Virus record (IMG/VR): IMGVR_UViG_3300022921_000002
Location: 1 to 64,000 of that record
DNA length: 64,000 nucleotides
Strand: one strand, 5' to 3'
Of this stretch, positions 1 to 7,796 are shown piece after piece (position 1 is the stretch's first letter; each line of letters begins with the position of its first letter). A model generated the notes under the pieces. The model had not been told where the DNA came from. It was given only the letters and a program-made list of their open reading frames with translations, and did no database searches. The position numbers and the translations under genes were made by a program.

Positions 1-1021
1 CACCGGCGCCTGTTACCACACTGGCAGTAGCTGTGGTTACTGGGCTGTCTGGTTCGTTAATAGTAATAGCTGGTACTGATGAATAATATCCGCCGCCAGT
101 GTCAACATTAATTGCTGAAATAGATGTTCCGGTAATAAGAGAACTAATTACAGCATCAACCGTGGATGGCGAAGAAATGTCAACGGTGATAACATTGTTT
201 GCGTTATATATTTGACCGTCGTCAGTAATGTTAATGGCTGATACTTGGCCTAACGTAATTTCTGCGGTAGCTGTCGCGGTTTCACCTAATTCATAAACAG
301 GGTCACCATTGCTATCCAAGCCTGGCTGAATAGTAATTCTTTCTTCAGGCGCGGTATTAGCTAATGTGCCTGTTGCTACACCAATATCAATAAACTTAAT
401 AACCTTTTTCTTTTTCTCAGGACCAAAATAATATCCTTTGAGTGTAAAGTTTAATGTATATAATATTGATTGTCGTGTTTCAAAGTCGCCTTCATATAAA
501 TCCTCGGTTGTTACACTATTCAATATGATAGGAATATCGAGTGGATCCATGTCTGCTATCATTTTAACAGAGGCAGTCCAGTCAGGAGTAAAAAATGGAA
601 TGATCTGTTCCATGATTTTTGTTGCGTCTTCCTGATATTTTGTCATAATATACAAAGAAAAATCTATATTGTACGGAACCGGGGCGTACTGAAAAGCTCT
701 GCTGCCTGATGATTCTGCCGAACTCTTACGAATTTTCGTTGTAGAGTTAACCTTTCTCACTGGATCATATAACAAGCTCGTGATTTCAAAAGACATCCGC
801 GGTAAACGAATAGATTGAGTTCTACTATTCAGCAGGTCAGGATCTTGAGCAACTCTTGCTAATACTTTTTGGAACGGCGCATAGGATATTGGAACAATCA
901 TAGATTGAACTAAATTTCCGGCGTTATCTTTTCGTTCAATTTTAAGCTGATTAAAAAGAGTACCAAATAAAGCTACATATTTTCGTGTGGTTTCATTATA
1001 GAAATAATTTGCAATTGCCAT
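1..1021 (-). CDS. gp15: Tail sheath stabilizer / tail terminator gp15, runs off the window edge; has a C-terminal extension
   Basis: Not in the ORF track. My translation from ATG at 1021 reads MAIANYFYNETTRKYVALFGTLFN...VPISYAPFQK...RLPRMSFEITSLLYDPVRK...PVPYNIDFSLYIMTKYQEDATKIMEQIIPFFTP...IIYTLNFTLKGYYFGP, which are T4-like gp15 motifs. It directly follows gp14 and is open for 340 codons. Confidence 0.9.
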   Translation of the reverse strand, partial: MAIANYFYNETTRKYVALFGTLFNQLKIERKDNAGNLVQSMIVPISYAPFQKVLARVAQDPDLLNSRTQSIRLPRMSFEITSLLYDPVRKVNSTTKIRKSSAESSGSRAFQYAPVPYNIDFSLYIMTKYQEDATKIMEQIIPFFTPDWTASVKMIADMDPLDIPIILNSVTTEDLYEGDFETRQSILYTLNFTLKGYYFGPEKKKKVIKFIDIGVATGTLANTAPEERITIQPGLDSNGDPVYELGETATATAEITLGQVSAINITDDGQIYNANNVITVDISSPSTVDAVISSLITGTSISAINVDTGGGYYSSVPAITINEPDSPVTTATASVVTGAG

Positions 1022-1022
1022 T

Positions 1023-1712
1023 TTAATCGCCTATACTAATTGATTCACTGAATGGATCAATTTCTGAAAAGTCAAGAATATCGTCAGCGACTGATTCAAA
1101 ATCAAAGTTTTGAGATATAGGATCAGTATTTGCTAATTGGGTAAGAGTAGTTACTGCGTTATTCCCGGTCATTACTGTTGTTACATCATCAAAATAATGA
1201 TCAATTTCATATCTGCCCGTGTCAAACCTCTCGTTAGAGTATTCCATAAGCTCGCATTTCATATCGTAAACTTGCAATGCGCCAGACTGATAGAATACAG
1301 ACTCGTGTTCAACATAAGTAATTCTGTACATCTTCTGATTTAACGGCATCCAAATAATATCGTTTTCTTTTGGACGAACCTTTTCAGCGTCTTTGCGAGT
1401 AACGTGTCTTTCAAAAGTTCTGATTGCTACCGCAAATGTTACTGTGTCTCGTATTTCCAAACCAAAGCGAGACATGAAATCGCCTTCGCCTTCAAACCCA
1501 TCTACGTTTTTAACATATACTTCAAATTCATACATTTCATCATATAGCGGGGTGTCATTTTCGTTAAAGATAACATCTCTATCTTTATTAAACTCGCCGC
1601 TTATATAATCAATGTCAATGCCATAAACTTGAATAGACTCAATTACTAAATCGTCTATTAAGTTCTGTTCATTGAAATTATCGTAATTTCTAAAATATAC
1701 GTTCGTTGCCAT
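1023..1712 (-). CDS. gp14: Neck protein gp14 (head completion)
   Basis: EQNLIDDLVIESIQVYGIDIDYI, VDGFEGEGDFMSRFGLEIRD, PKENDIIWMPL, YQSGALQVYDMKCELMEYS motifs; lies between gp13 and gp15. Confidence 0.93.
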   Translation of the reverse strand: MATNVYFRNYDNFNEQNLIDDLVIESIQVYGIDIDYISGEFNKDRDVIFNENDTPLYDEMYEFEVYVKNVDGFEGEGDFMSRFGLEIRDTVTFAVAIRTFERHVTRKDAEKVRPKENDIIWMPLNQKMYRITYVEHESVFYQSGALQVYDMKCELMEYSNERFDTGRYEIDHYFDDVTTVMTGNNAVTTLTQLANTDPISQNFDFESVADDILDFSEIDPFSESISIGD

Positions 1713-1715
1713 AAC

Positions 1716-2459
1716 TTATCCAATAAAATTGTAAGTGAGAGGCTGTAGAGAATTAATTGCGTCCTCTTCCATTTTTTCTCGTTCAGCGCGCGCCTCTTGT
1801 AAAATCTGTTCCCCATTAAATTGTACACCACCAACAAGCTGCATGTTTGTAAATTTAGTTAGGTTAAGACCCCATTGTTCTCTCACGAGTACTGAAGCGT
1901 AATTTTGTAACCAACGATCTGACCAAACATCGGCGTATTCGTCTGGATCAATAATATCATATGCTTCAACGATAATATATTTTCCAACACTTAAACTTGA
2001 TTTTGAAACATCAATATAAAGCTTATTGACATGCTTATTATATCGTACCATTTGTTTTCCTACAAGCATCTCTTGTAAAAACTCTAGGTGCTGCATAGTC
2101 ATATAATAGTTGGTAATACCATATGATGTAAGGTCCGTAAGGTTATTTAAAACAAATTGGTATTGAACATTAAACATACCAGTACTTGCTGAAATAGAAG
2201 TGTTCAAATCAAACACTTTTGAAATTCCAAGAATATTTGGCGGTAACTTGATATATCCGTTGTCTACGTCATTTTGTGTAAGCTCGTGTTTTAAGTAAAC
2301 CATTTGAGAACCATTGTAATGGTAATCTCTCCAAAACGAAACCGCCTCGTCTACTCTATCTTCAATCTGTTCTTCAGAAACGTTAACTTGAATAACCGGC
2401 GCGCCGATTTTTCTTAAGATATAATCTTTAAATTCTTCTCTTGATGCTGGTTGTGGCAT
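1716..2459 (-). CDS. gp13: Neck protein gp13
   Basis: PASREEFKDYILRKIGAPVIQVNVSEEQIEDRVDEA and QWGLNLTKFTNMQLVGGVQFNG are T4-like gp13 motifs; synteny with gp14 and gp15. Confidence 0.95.
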   Translation of the reverse strand: MPQPASREEFKDYILRKIGAPVIQVNVSEEQIEDRVDEAVSFWRDYHYNGSQMVYLKHELTQNDVDNGYIKLPPNILGISKVFDLNTSISASTGMFNVQYQFVLNNLTDLTSYGITNYYMTMQHLEFLQEMLVGKQMVRYNKHVNKLYIDVSKSSLSVGKYIIVEAYDIIDPDEYADVWSDRWLQNYASVLVREQWGLNLTKFTNMQLVGGVQFNGEQILQEARAEREKMEEDAINSLQPLTYNFIG

Positions 2460-2791
2460 TATGCTATCTCGTCTTTTATGACTACTTTAATATAGCCAGT
2501 GTTTGGAAAAGTTTCAATTTTACCACTGTTATAAGTAATTTGAAACTCAGCGCTATGAATACCCGTGTTTGCGGTATCGCCAGTTTGCCATTCATATGCA
2601 ACAATACCTTTTGTACCATTAACAATCGTGCCTACACCGTTTGTGACTAACGCATTATTTTGCTCGTCTCTCATGTGGAATCTAACCAATGACGCGTCAG
2701 CCATAGATTTTACACGACCGTTAGAATCTGTAAGCACAGCTTGAAGCGATGGAGCAGTATCGTTTTGTTTTATATAAAAGCTTGCCGCCAT
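2459..2791 (-). CDS. Small Ig-like / BppU N-terminal-like structural protein
   Basis: YIKQNDTAPSLQAVL...GIVAYEWQTGDTANTG...AEFQITY...IETFP pattern; GGAG RBS; stop overlaps the gp13 start (TAATG). Confidence 0.6.
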   Translation of the reverse strand: MAASFYIKQNDTAPSLQAVLTDSNGRVKSMADASLVRFHMRDEQNNALVTNGVGTIVNGTKGIVAYEWQTGDTANTGIHSAEFQITYNSGKIETFPNTGYIKVVIKDEIA

Positions 2792-2813
2792 TATTTTTCT
2801 CCGCTTTTTCTTA

Positions 2814-2821
2814 TATTTATT
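2814..2821 (-). promoter_or_regulatory. T4-type late promoter variant (AATAAATA)
   Basis: Minus strand reads AATAAATA about 23 nt upstream of the 110-aa gene, in an intergenic gap. Confidence 0.5.
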
Positions 2822-2825
2822 AATA

Positions 2826-3416
2826 TTAATATAGTAAAATTTCTACGTCAGTAGCACCATCGCTTATAATTTTTACTGCGTTAGATTCTTTTGGTATCAA
2901 ATAACCATTAAAGTCGTTATCTATAAATTTCAAAGAATTATCACCAGTTGTACTAAATAAATGCGTGGATAAGTTTGTTCCTTTGCCCTCAACACTAAAA
3001 TCAAACCCTGTAAGACCATCACCAAGAGAAAATACGAATATGTTTGTATCAAGGGTAAAGGGAAGTGTAATATCACCAACACCGGCAACAACAGTTTCAG
3101 CAAAACCATTTGCGCTAAACTCAATTCTATTAATCCATTCTGAGCTTAAAAAGCTTTGGATACCAAACTCTAAAAATGAGTTTCCGGTAAATCCAAATGA
3201 TAAGTCAGCTGAAGCCTGAATAATAGGGGGAGTAATTGCCGCTGAAAATACGAAATCCAACGGTAGTGTTTGCATGTCACCGGTAATTGGAACAAATACA
3301 TCTGAGTTAAGTGTGTAATCTATCGTTTGCGCAGGCACGCCACCTGTCACAATAGAAAATCCACCTGCAAAAAAGGTGTAATCTAAGCTTGATGTAAATA
3401 CTCCGTTTGCGGACAT
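2826..3416 (-). CDS. Hypothetical protein, probably virion-associated and beta-rich
   Basis: 196-aa ORF co-oriented with its neighbours, with an AGGA RBS; no family recognised. Confidence 0.6.
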   Translation of the reverse strand: MSANGVFTSSLDYTFFAGGFSIVTGGVPAQTIDYTLNSDVFVPITGDMQTLPLDFVFSAAITPPIIQASADLSFGFTGNSFLEFGIQSFLSSEWINRIEFSANGFAETVVAGVGDITLPFTLDTNIFVFSLGDGLTGFDFSVEGKGTNLSTHLFSTTGDNSLKFIDNDFNGYLIPKESNAVKIISDGATDVEILLY

Positions 3417-3428
3417 TTAACTAGTCCT

Positions 3429-3836
3429 TTATGCACCGCCGGCAGTAATTGTAAACGCTGTAATTGTGATTTGCTGACCGACTGCAATATTAGTATTATC
3501 TAATTGCATGTCTCCGCCTGCACCAGTAGCTGTAATAGTACCTTGCATATGGCATGTTGTTCCGCCGTTGTCATGCAATCTAAAATATCCAGCAGTTCCT
3601 GAAGCATCAGCTGATAAGTCTTGCCACGTGCCAGATAGAACAATTGATCCCAAAGCAGGAGTGTCAAGCCAATTAGCAGGTAATACCATAGTTGCTAAAA
3701 CCGTACCTGTATTTGCTGAACCGCAATCCGCTGGAACTGTGCCCGAGGAAACTGTCATAATTGGATTAGTGCCGATTGTAGTTTCTAGTGCTTGAAGCGT
3801 AGCATTCCTAGTGTCTACTGATAACTGAAAAGCCAT
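3429..3836 (-). CDS. Conserved-type phage hypothetical structural protein
   Basis: 135 aa rich in Gly/Thr/Ala (MAFQLSVDTRNATLQAL...GTAGYFRL...FTITAGGA), downstream of a TATAAATA box and an AAGGA RBS. Confidence 0.65.
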   Translation of the reverse strand: MAFQLSVDTRNATLQALETTIGTNPIMTVSSGTVPADCGSANTGTVLATMVLPANWLDTPALGSIVLSGTWQDLSADASGTAGYFRLHDNGGTTCHMQGTITATGAGGDMQLDNTNIAVGQQITITAFTITAGGA

Positions 3837-3873
3837 CCTTTTCTCCCTTTTATTGAGTAAATTATTTCATATA

Positions 3874-3881
3874 TATTTATA
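3874..3881 (-). promoter_or_regulatory. T4-type late promoter TATAAATA
   Basis: Exact TATAAATA on the minus strand in the 118-bp gap upstream of the 135-aa gene and the neck genes. Confidence 0.75.
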
Positions 3882-3899
3882 AAAATTGCAATATAACCG

Positions 3900-3927
3900 T
3901 TGACAATAAAAGAGAGTATGTTATAAT
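3900..3927 (+). promoter_or_regulatory. Consensus sigma70 promoter with extended -10, antisense to the late genes
   Basis: TTGACA (3900-3905), 16-bp spacer ending in TGT, then TATAAT (3922-3927). No credible plus-strand gene downstream. Confidence 0.6.
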
Positions 3928-3954
3928 AGTCTTATCTACTATAAAATAATATGT

Positions 3955-4728
3955 TTATCTTCTTTCAATATCTTCTTCAGACAACAAATCACCCATCCAA
4001 ACCTCAATTACTTTAACAGGTCTGTCTCCAACGTTTGTTGCTTTATGCCATGTATTGGTAGGAATGTCGATACTGTCACCGGTTGAGTAAACCTTAGATG
4101 TTTTGTATCCATTTGGAAACTCAAGATTCATTTCAAGTTTACCATCAACAATATGCCAGTGTTCTGAGCGAACAAAATGTCTTTGGTCTGATAGTGATTT
4201 TTTAACATCAATAGACAACTCCTTAACTTTCCAATGACCATTGTTATCAAGGTTACGATATTTACCCCATAGTCTTTGTGTTTCAGGCTTATCCCAGTTT
4301 TCAAGTAACCAAGATGAACTGTTCTTTTTATCATTACCACCAACACCAAACACAAAACCAATATCGCATTCGTCTTTGAGTTGACGTGCATATTCTACTT
4401 CAGGTGTTGTACCTTTTTGACGATCCCCACCATTAGCAAATATGATTTTAGAGTTTCTAGGAAATGTATCTTTGATATGTCTAATAGCTTCACAGGCATG
4501 ATTTTCGCTATCGTCAAATTCAAATACACCGCCGACACATTTAATTTCTTTAACAATAGCAGAGCGTTCAGACATAGGCATAAACGGTCTACCTTTTTTA
4601 CGAGTTAACCATTCATCAGAATTTAAACCAACCATAAGAATATCACCGAGTTCTTTGGCGGCTTTAAAATATTCAATATGTCCTGAATGGAGTGGATCAA
4701 ATCCACCAGTTACTACAACTACTTTCAT
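3955..4728 (-). CDS. Cytidylyltransferase-family (RfaE/HldE-like) nucleotidyltransferase fused to a mannose-6-phosphate-isomerase type II cupin
   Basis: VVVTGGFDPLHSGHIEY (HxGH motif), GLNSD, ANGGDR and GGNDKKNSSS; then WGKYRNL...KVKELSI...LSDQRHFVRSEHWHIVDG...IPTNTWHKATN cupin motifs. Confidence 0.88.
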   Translation of the reverse strand: MKVVVVTGGFDPLHSGHIEYFKAAKELGDILMVGLNSDEWLTRKKGRPFMPMSERSAIVKEIKCVGGVFEFDDSENHACEAIRHIKDTFPRNSKIIFANGGDRQKGTTPEVEYARQLKDECDIGFVFGVGGNDKKNSSSWLLENWDKPETQRLWGKYRNLDNNGHWKVKELSIDVKKSLSDQRHFVRSEHWHIVDGKLEMNLEFPNGYKTSKVYSTGDSIDIPTNTWHKATNVGDRPVKVIEVWMGDLLSEEDIERR

Positions 4729-4729
4729 A

Positions 4730-5950
4730 TCAATTACCTTTCATAAAATAATCCCACGCAAAACTAACTTTTGATTTATCAGAAATCATATTTCTTTTAT
4801 TATTATAAATTGACGGATGTACCCACCAATCTTCATGAGCGTTAATAGGATCAACACTAAGGTCTTGTACCATCAGTTTATATCCTATCTTATGAAGTAT
4901 ATCCCGTGAGTTATCTTTAAAATCGTTTTGCCACCAGCAATAATTGTGTTGGAATTGGATAATCCCAAATTCATATTTGTTAAATGGTATTTTTGTTAAT
5001 ACATCAAGAGATGTTTGTTCAGAATTAATGCGTAAAAAATCAATGTATTGTTCCATACAAGATTGATTAAACAACAAGTCAAAATTAATTTGGGAGGCAT
5101 CACTAAGGATAATCTGACTTGTTCTTTCTCTTGAATGTATATAACACATTCTTTCATCGTTGTCAATACTAATACCTTTCCACCCAAATTCTTTTTCAAG
5201 CAATGCGGTATTATTACATTCAGTTGGATGCCCAGAACCTATTTCAATAAACGATCCACCTTTTTTACCATCTGTTACTGATAATACAAATAAGTCTTGC
5301 ATATGCCGGGCATAGTTTTGTTTAATATTTTCAAATCCAGGAAACGGAAACTTGTACAGGTCTTTATCTTCATCGGTGTATGGTATACGATGTGGATATC
5401 CTATTTTATTAATCCATTCGCAAACATCCTGAAACGATTCTTTGTCCAAACTTTCTCTATGCTTTGCTTTGAATAATAATAGTTTTGAACTATCAACACC
5501 ATCAGATTTCCAACGAGCAATTGCGTATTGTGCCGCAAATGCCGACATACCTGGAAACCCTATATTAAGATCACCTTCCGCAGTTGTATTTTTGCCAATA
5601 CTACTCCATACAAGTGCATCTCTATAATTGTCTTGAGTTATTGATAATTGTGCAAGAAAGTAATATGCTTCAGGTCTTTCAGGCATAACCTGAATTGCGT
5701 TTTTAAGTAATCCCCAAACGGTTTGAGATCTCCTACCTGCTTCATCATAAACCGCAGCACCACGTATCAAACTTTTATATTGTATGATACGTTCTTCTTC
5801 TGTAACACCGGGTGAATAATCCGCGGCTCTTAAATAGAATGTAAAGGCGGCAGCTAATTGGCCAAGTTTAAAATATTCTTCTGCAAGTGCAAATGATTTC
5901 CAAGGATTATCATAGTCAAGAACGACTTCATTTAGTAAATTATTAATCAT
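4730..5950 (-). CDS. TPR-repeat protein fused to an FkbM-like SAM-dependent methyltransferase domain
   Basis: N-terminal helical TPR-like repeats (FALAEEYFKLGQLAAAFTFYLRAA; AIQVMPERPEAYYFLAQL). C-terminal QDLFVL...GGSFIEIGSGHP..NNTALLEKEFGWKGISID...IDFLRIN..EDWWVHP is FkbM-like. Confidence 0.72.
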   Translation of the reverse strand: MINNLLNEVVLDYDNPWKSFALAEEYFKLGQLAAAFTFYLRAADYSPGVTEEERIIQYKSLIRGAAVYDEAGRRSQTVWGLLKNAIQVMPERPEAYYFLAQLSITQDNYRDALVWSSIGKNTTAEGDLNIGFPGMSAFAAQYAIARWKSDGVDSSKLLLFKAKHRESLDKESFQDVCEWINKIGYPHRIPYTDEDKDLYKFPFPGFENIKQNYARHMQDLFVLSVTDGKKGGSFIEIGSGHPTECNNTALLEKEFGWKGISIDNDERMCYIHSRERTSQIILSDASQINFDLLFNQSCMEQYIDFLRINSEQTSLDVLTKIPFNKYEFGIIQFQHNYCWWQNDFKDNSRDILHKIGYKLMVQDLSVDPINAHEDWWVHPSIYNNKRNMISDKSKVSFAWDYFMKGN

Positions 5951-5952
5951 AG

Positions 5953-6993
5953 TTATACCTTAGTTAAAAAATCAAAGAATACGCCTTTTGGCATTTTCAA
6001 AATATATGATGCGTTATCACTTAAACCAAATGAGATTAAGATATCTGTTTCGGTAAATGTAACACCGGTTACAAACTCAATATTAAATTCCTGACTTTTT
6101 GCATGGTCATAATAAGTACCCATAAAATGAAATTCTTTTGATGTATGTATAATGTTCCAATCATTATCCCAAACAACTACACGGTGTGCATAATTACCAT
6201 CTTTTCTAAAGAAAGAGTCTTTGAGCAAATTTGTTTCATGGCAAAATGCCATTTGCTTATTATCATCAATACGAATAACCTGAGAACCGCCGCGCAAATC
6301 TTTTTGTAAATTAGCACGTTGGTCTTCACTTAACTGAACGGCATCCTCACAAGTACCTTCTTCAATGTTAAATTTAACAACCTGAGTTGGGTTTGACCAT
6401 TTAACAAAATGCCAAGGCATATCTAAAATAGGCATCCAATTCTTTTCACAATATGATTTATCACCATTTGGTGCAGGAATTGGGTGACGACTAATTTCTT
6501 TCCATTCAGTACCATCGTGTTCAACGTGGCACATTTCCATACGTCCTGTACCTTTATCATCATAGCAATCACGGCGAACACCGCAAAGGTACATTTTATC
6601 ATCCCATTTAAATAAACGTGCATCCTCAAGGCCGACAAAGTTCCATGTTGGTTTAGTATCTAAAACCATATTTACTCGACCTGCCGACAGCAGTTTGAAA
6701 TCTTTATCGTATTCGCATAGAATGTTATGTGTTCCTAGTTTAACATCATCTTCAGGATGTATATAAACTAATGGTCCCCACTGATGTGGAAACTTTTTAC
6801 CTTCACTGTGATATAGGATATAATTGATATGGCGAACATTAACAAACATCCTATCACCATCTAAAAAGATGCTAGGATTCATTAGGCCGGTATCTTCGCC
6901 GCCTAGTACTTCTCTTGGAATAATAATAGGATGTATTTCACCGCCACGTTTAAGAGCGTATGTAGCCAGCCCACCTATATGCAAATCGTGCAT
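5953..6993 (-). CDS. Five-bladed beta-propeller glycosidase/phosphorylase-like protein (GH130/GH43-like)
   Basis: NPSI, GLEDARLF, EKNWMP, LRGGSQ, HRVVVWD, IEFVTG and ISFGLSD motifs; GGAGG RBS. Confidence 0.7.
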   Translation of the reverse strand: MHDLHIGGLATYALKRGGEIHPIIIPREVLGGEDTGLMNPSIFLDGDRMFVNVRHINYILYHSEGKKFPHQWGPLVYIHPEDDVKLGTHNILCEYDKDFKLLSAGRVNMVLDTKPTWNFVGLEDARLFKWDDKMYLCGVRRDCYDDKGTGRMEMCHVEHDGTEWKEISRHPIPAPNGDKSYCEKNWMPILDMPWHFVKWSNPTQVVKFNIEEGTCEDAVQLSEDQRANLQKDLRGGSQVIRIDDNKQMAFCHETNLLKDSFFRKDGNYAHRVVVWDNDWNIIHTSKEFHFMGTYYDHAKSQEFNIEFVTGVTFTETDILISFGLSDNASYILKMPKGVFFDFLTKV

Positions 6994-7022
6994 TATGCCT
7001 CCATAATATAAACATTATTTAA

Positions 7023-7355
7023 TTAAACCCAAACAGGGTTTCTTTGTGTCATAGTCAATTTGTCAATCTTTTGTTGAATTTTTTGATTGATAATTTGCTC
7101 ATGAGGTTCGTCTATCGTTGCTTTCACCCAATTGATAACCGTTTCTTCAGTTAAGGAATCGAGTGATACAAAACTGTCAGCGGATGTATCAACGGCAGAC
7201 AAAGTGGTACGTCCCAAATATGTTGCTTCATTACCACTTAAATCTGTACCGATCTTTTTCCACTTAACTTCAATAACGGCATTTTCAAGAGTGTCGCCGT
7301 TACTATTAACCTGATTTTTTGTTCCAAGTTTTACGACTTTCCATTCATATACCAT
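7023..7355 (-). CDS. Small tail-fibre-associated protein (paralog of 7373..7759)
   Basis: YEWKVVKL...VIEVKWKKIGTD...FVSLDSLTEETVINWV aligns by eye with the upstream 128-aa protein; located after the giant fibre gene. Confidence 0.65.
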   Translation of the reverse strand: MVYEWKVVKLGTKNQVNSNGDTLENAVIEVKWKKIGTDLSGNEATYLGRTTLSAVDTSADSFVSLDSLTEETVINWVKATIDEPHEQIINQKIQQKIDKLTMTQRNPVWV

Positions 7356-7372
7356 TTAGTTCTTTCCTTATC

Positions 7373-7759
7373 CTAAGCTTCAGGGTCTGGCGTTACTGAT
7401 TCGCCTGATGCCCAAGGCAAGTCATTTGGTGCAACTTCTTCTTCATTTTCTCTATCAATTTGCAATTGAATTTGCTCATCAATGTGTGCTTTATAAGATG
7501 GTGAACCATCAACAACTGCTGTGATCCAACCGATAACAGCTGCTTCAGTTAAATCTTCAAATGCTGTAAATGTTCCTGCTGGTACATTAGCCGCGGTAAA
7601 AGGTGTTGCTCCTGCAAACTCTCCTGCGTTACCATTTGCGTCTGTTCCTTTAACTCTCCAAAAAGTTTGAACAACAGCGTTTGTATTAGTTTCGCCGTCG
7701 ATATTAACCTCATCTTTTACCTTAAGGCTTTCGACCGACCATTCATATGTAAATGCCAT
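7373..7759 (-). CDS. Small tail-fibre-associated protein, possibly an assembly chaperone
   Basis: YEWSVESL...VVQTFWRVKGTD...FTAFEDLTEAAVIGWI; GGAG RBS; immediately downstream of the 3119-aa fibre. Confidence 0.65.
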   Translation of the reverse strand: MAFTYEWSVESLKVKDEVNIDGETNTNAVVQTFWRVKGTDANGNAGEFAGATPFTAANVPAGTFTAFEDLTEAAVIGWITAVVDGSPSYKAHIDEQIQLQIDRENEEEVAPNDLPWASGESVTPDPEA

Positions 7760-7788
7760 TTTTAAATCTCCGTCTGTGATTGTAGTTA

Positions 7789-7796
7789 TATTTATT
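7789..7796 (-). promoter_or_regulatory. T4-type late promoter variant (AATAAATA)
   Basis: AATAAATA overlapping the stop codon of the 3119-aa gene, 30 nt upstream of the 128-aa gene. Confidence 0.5.
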
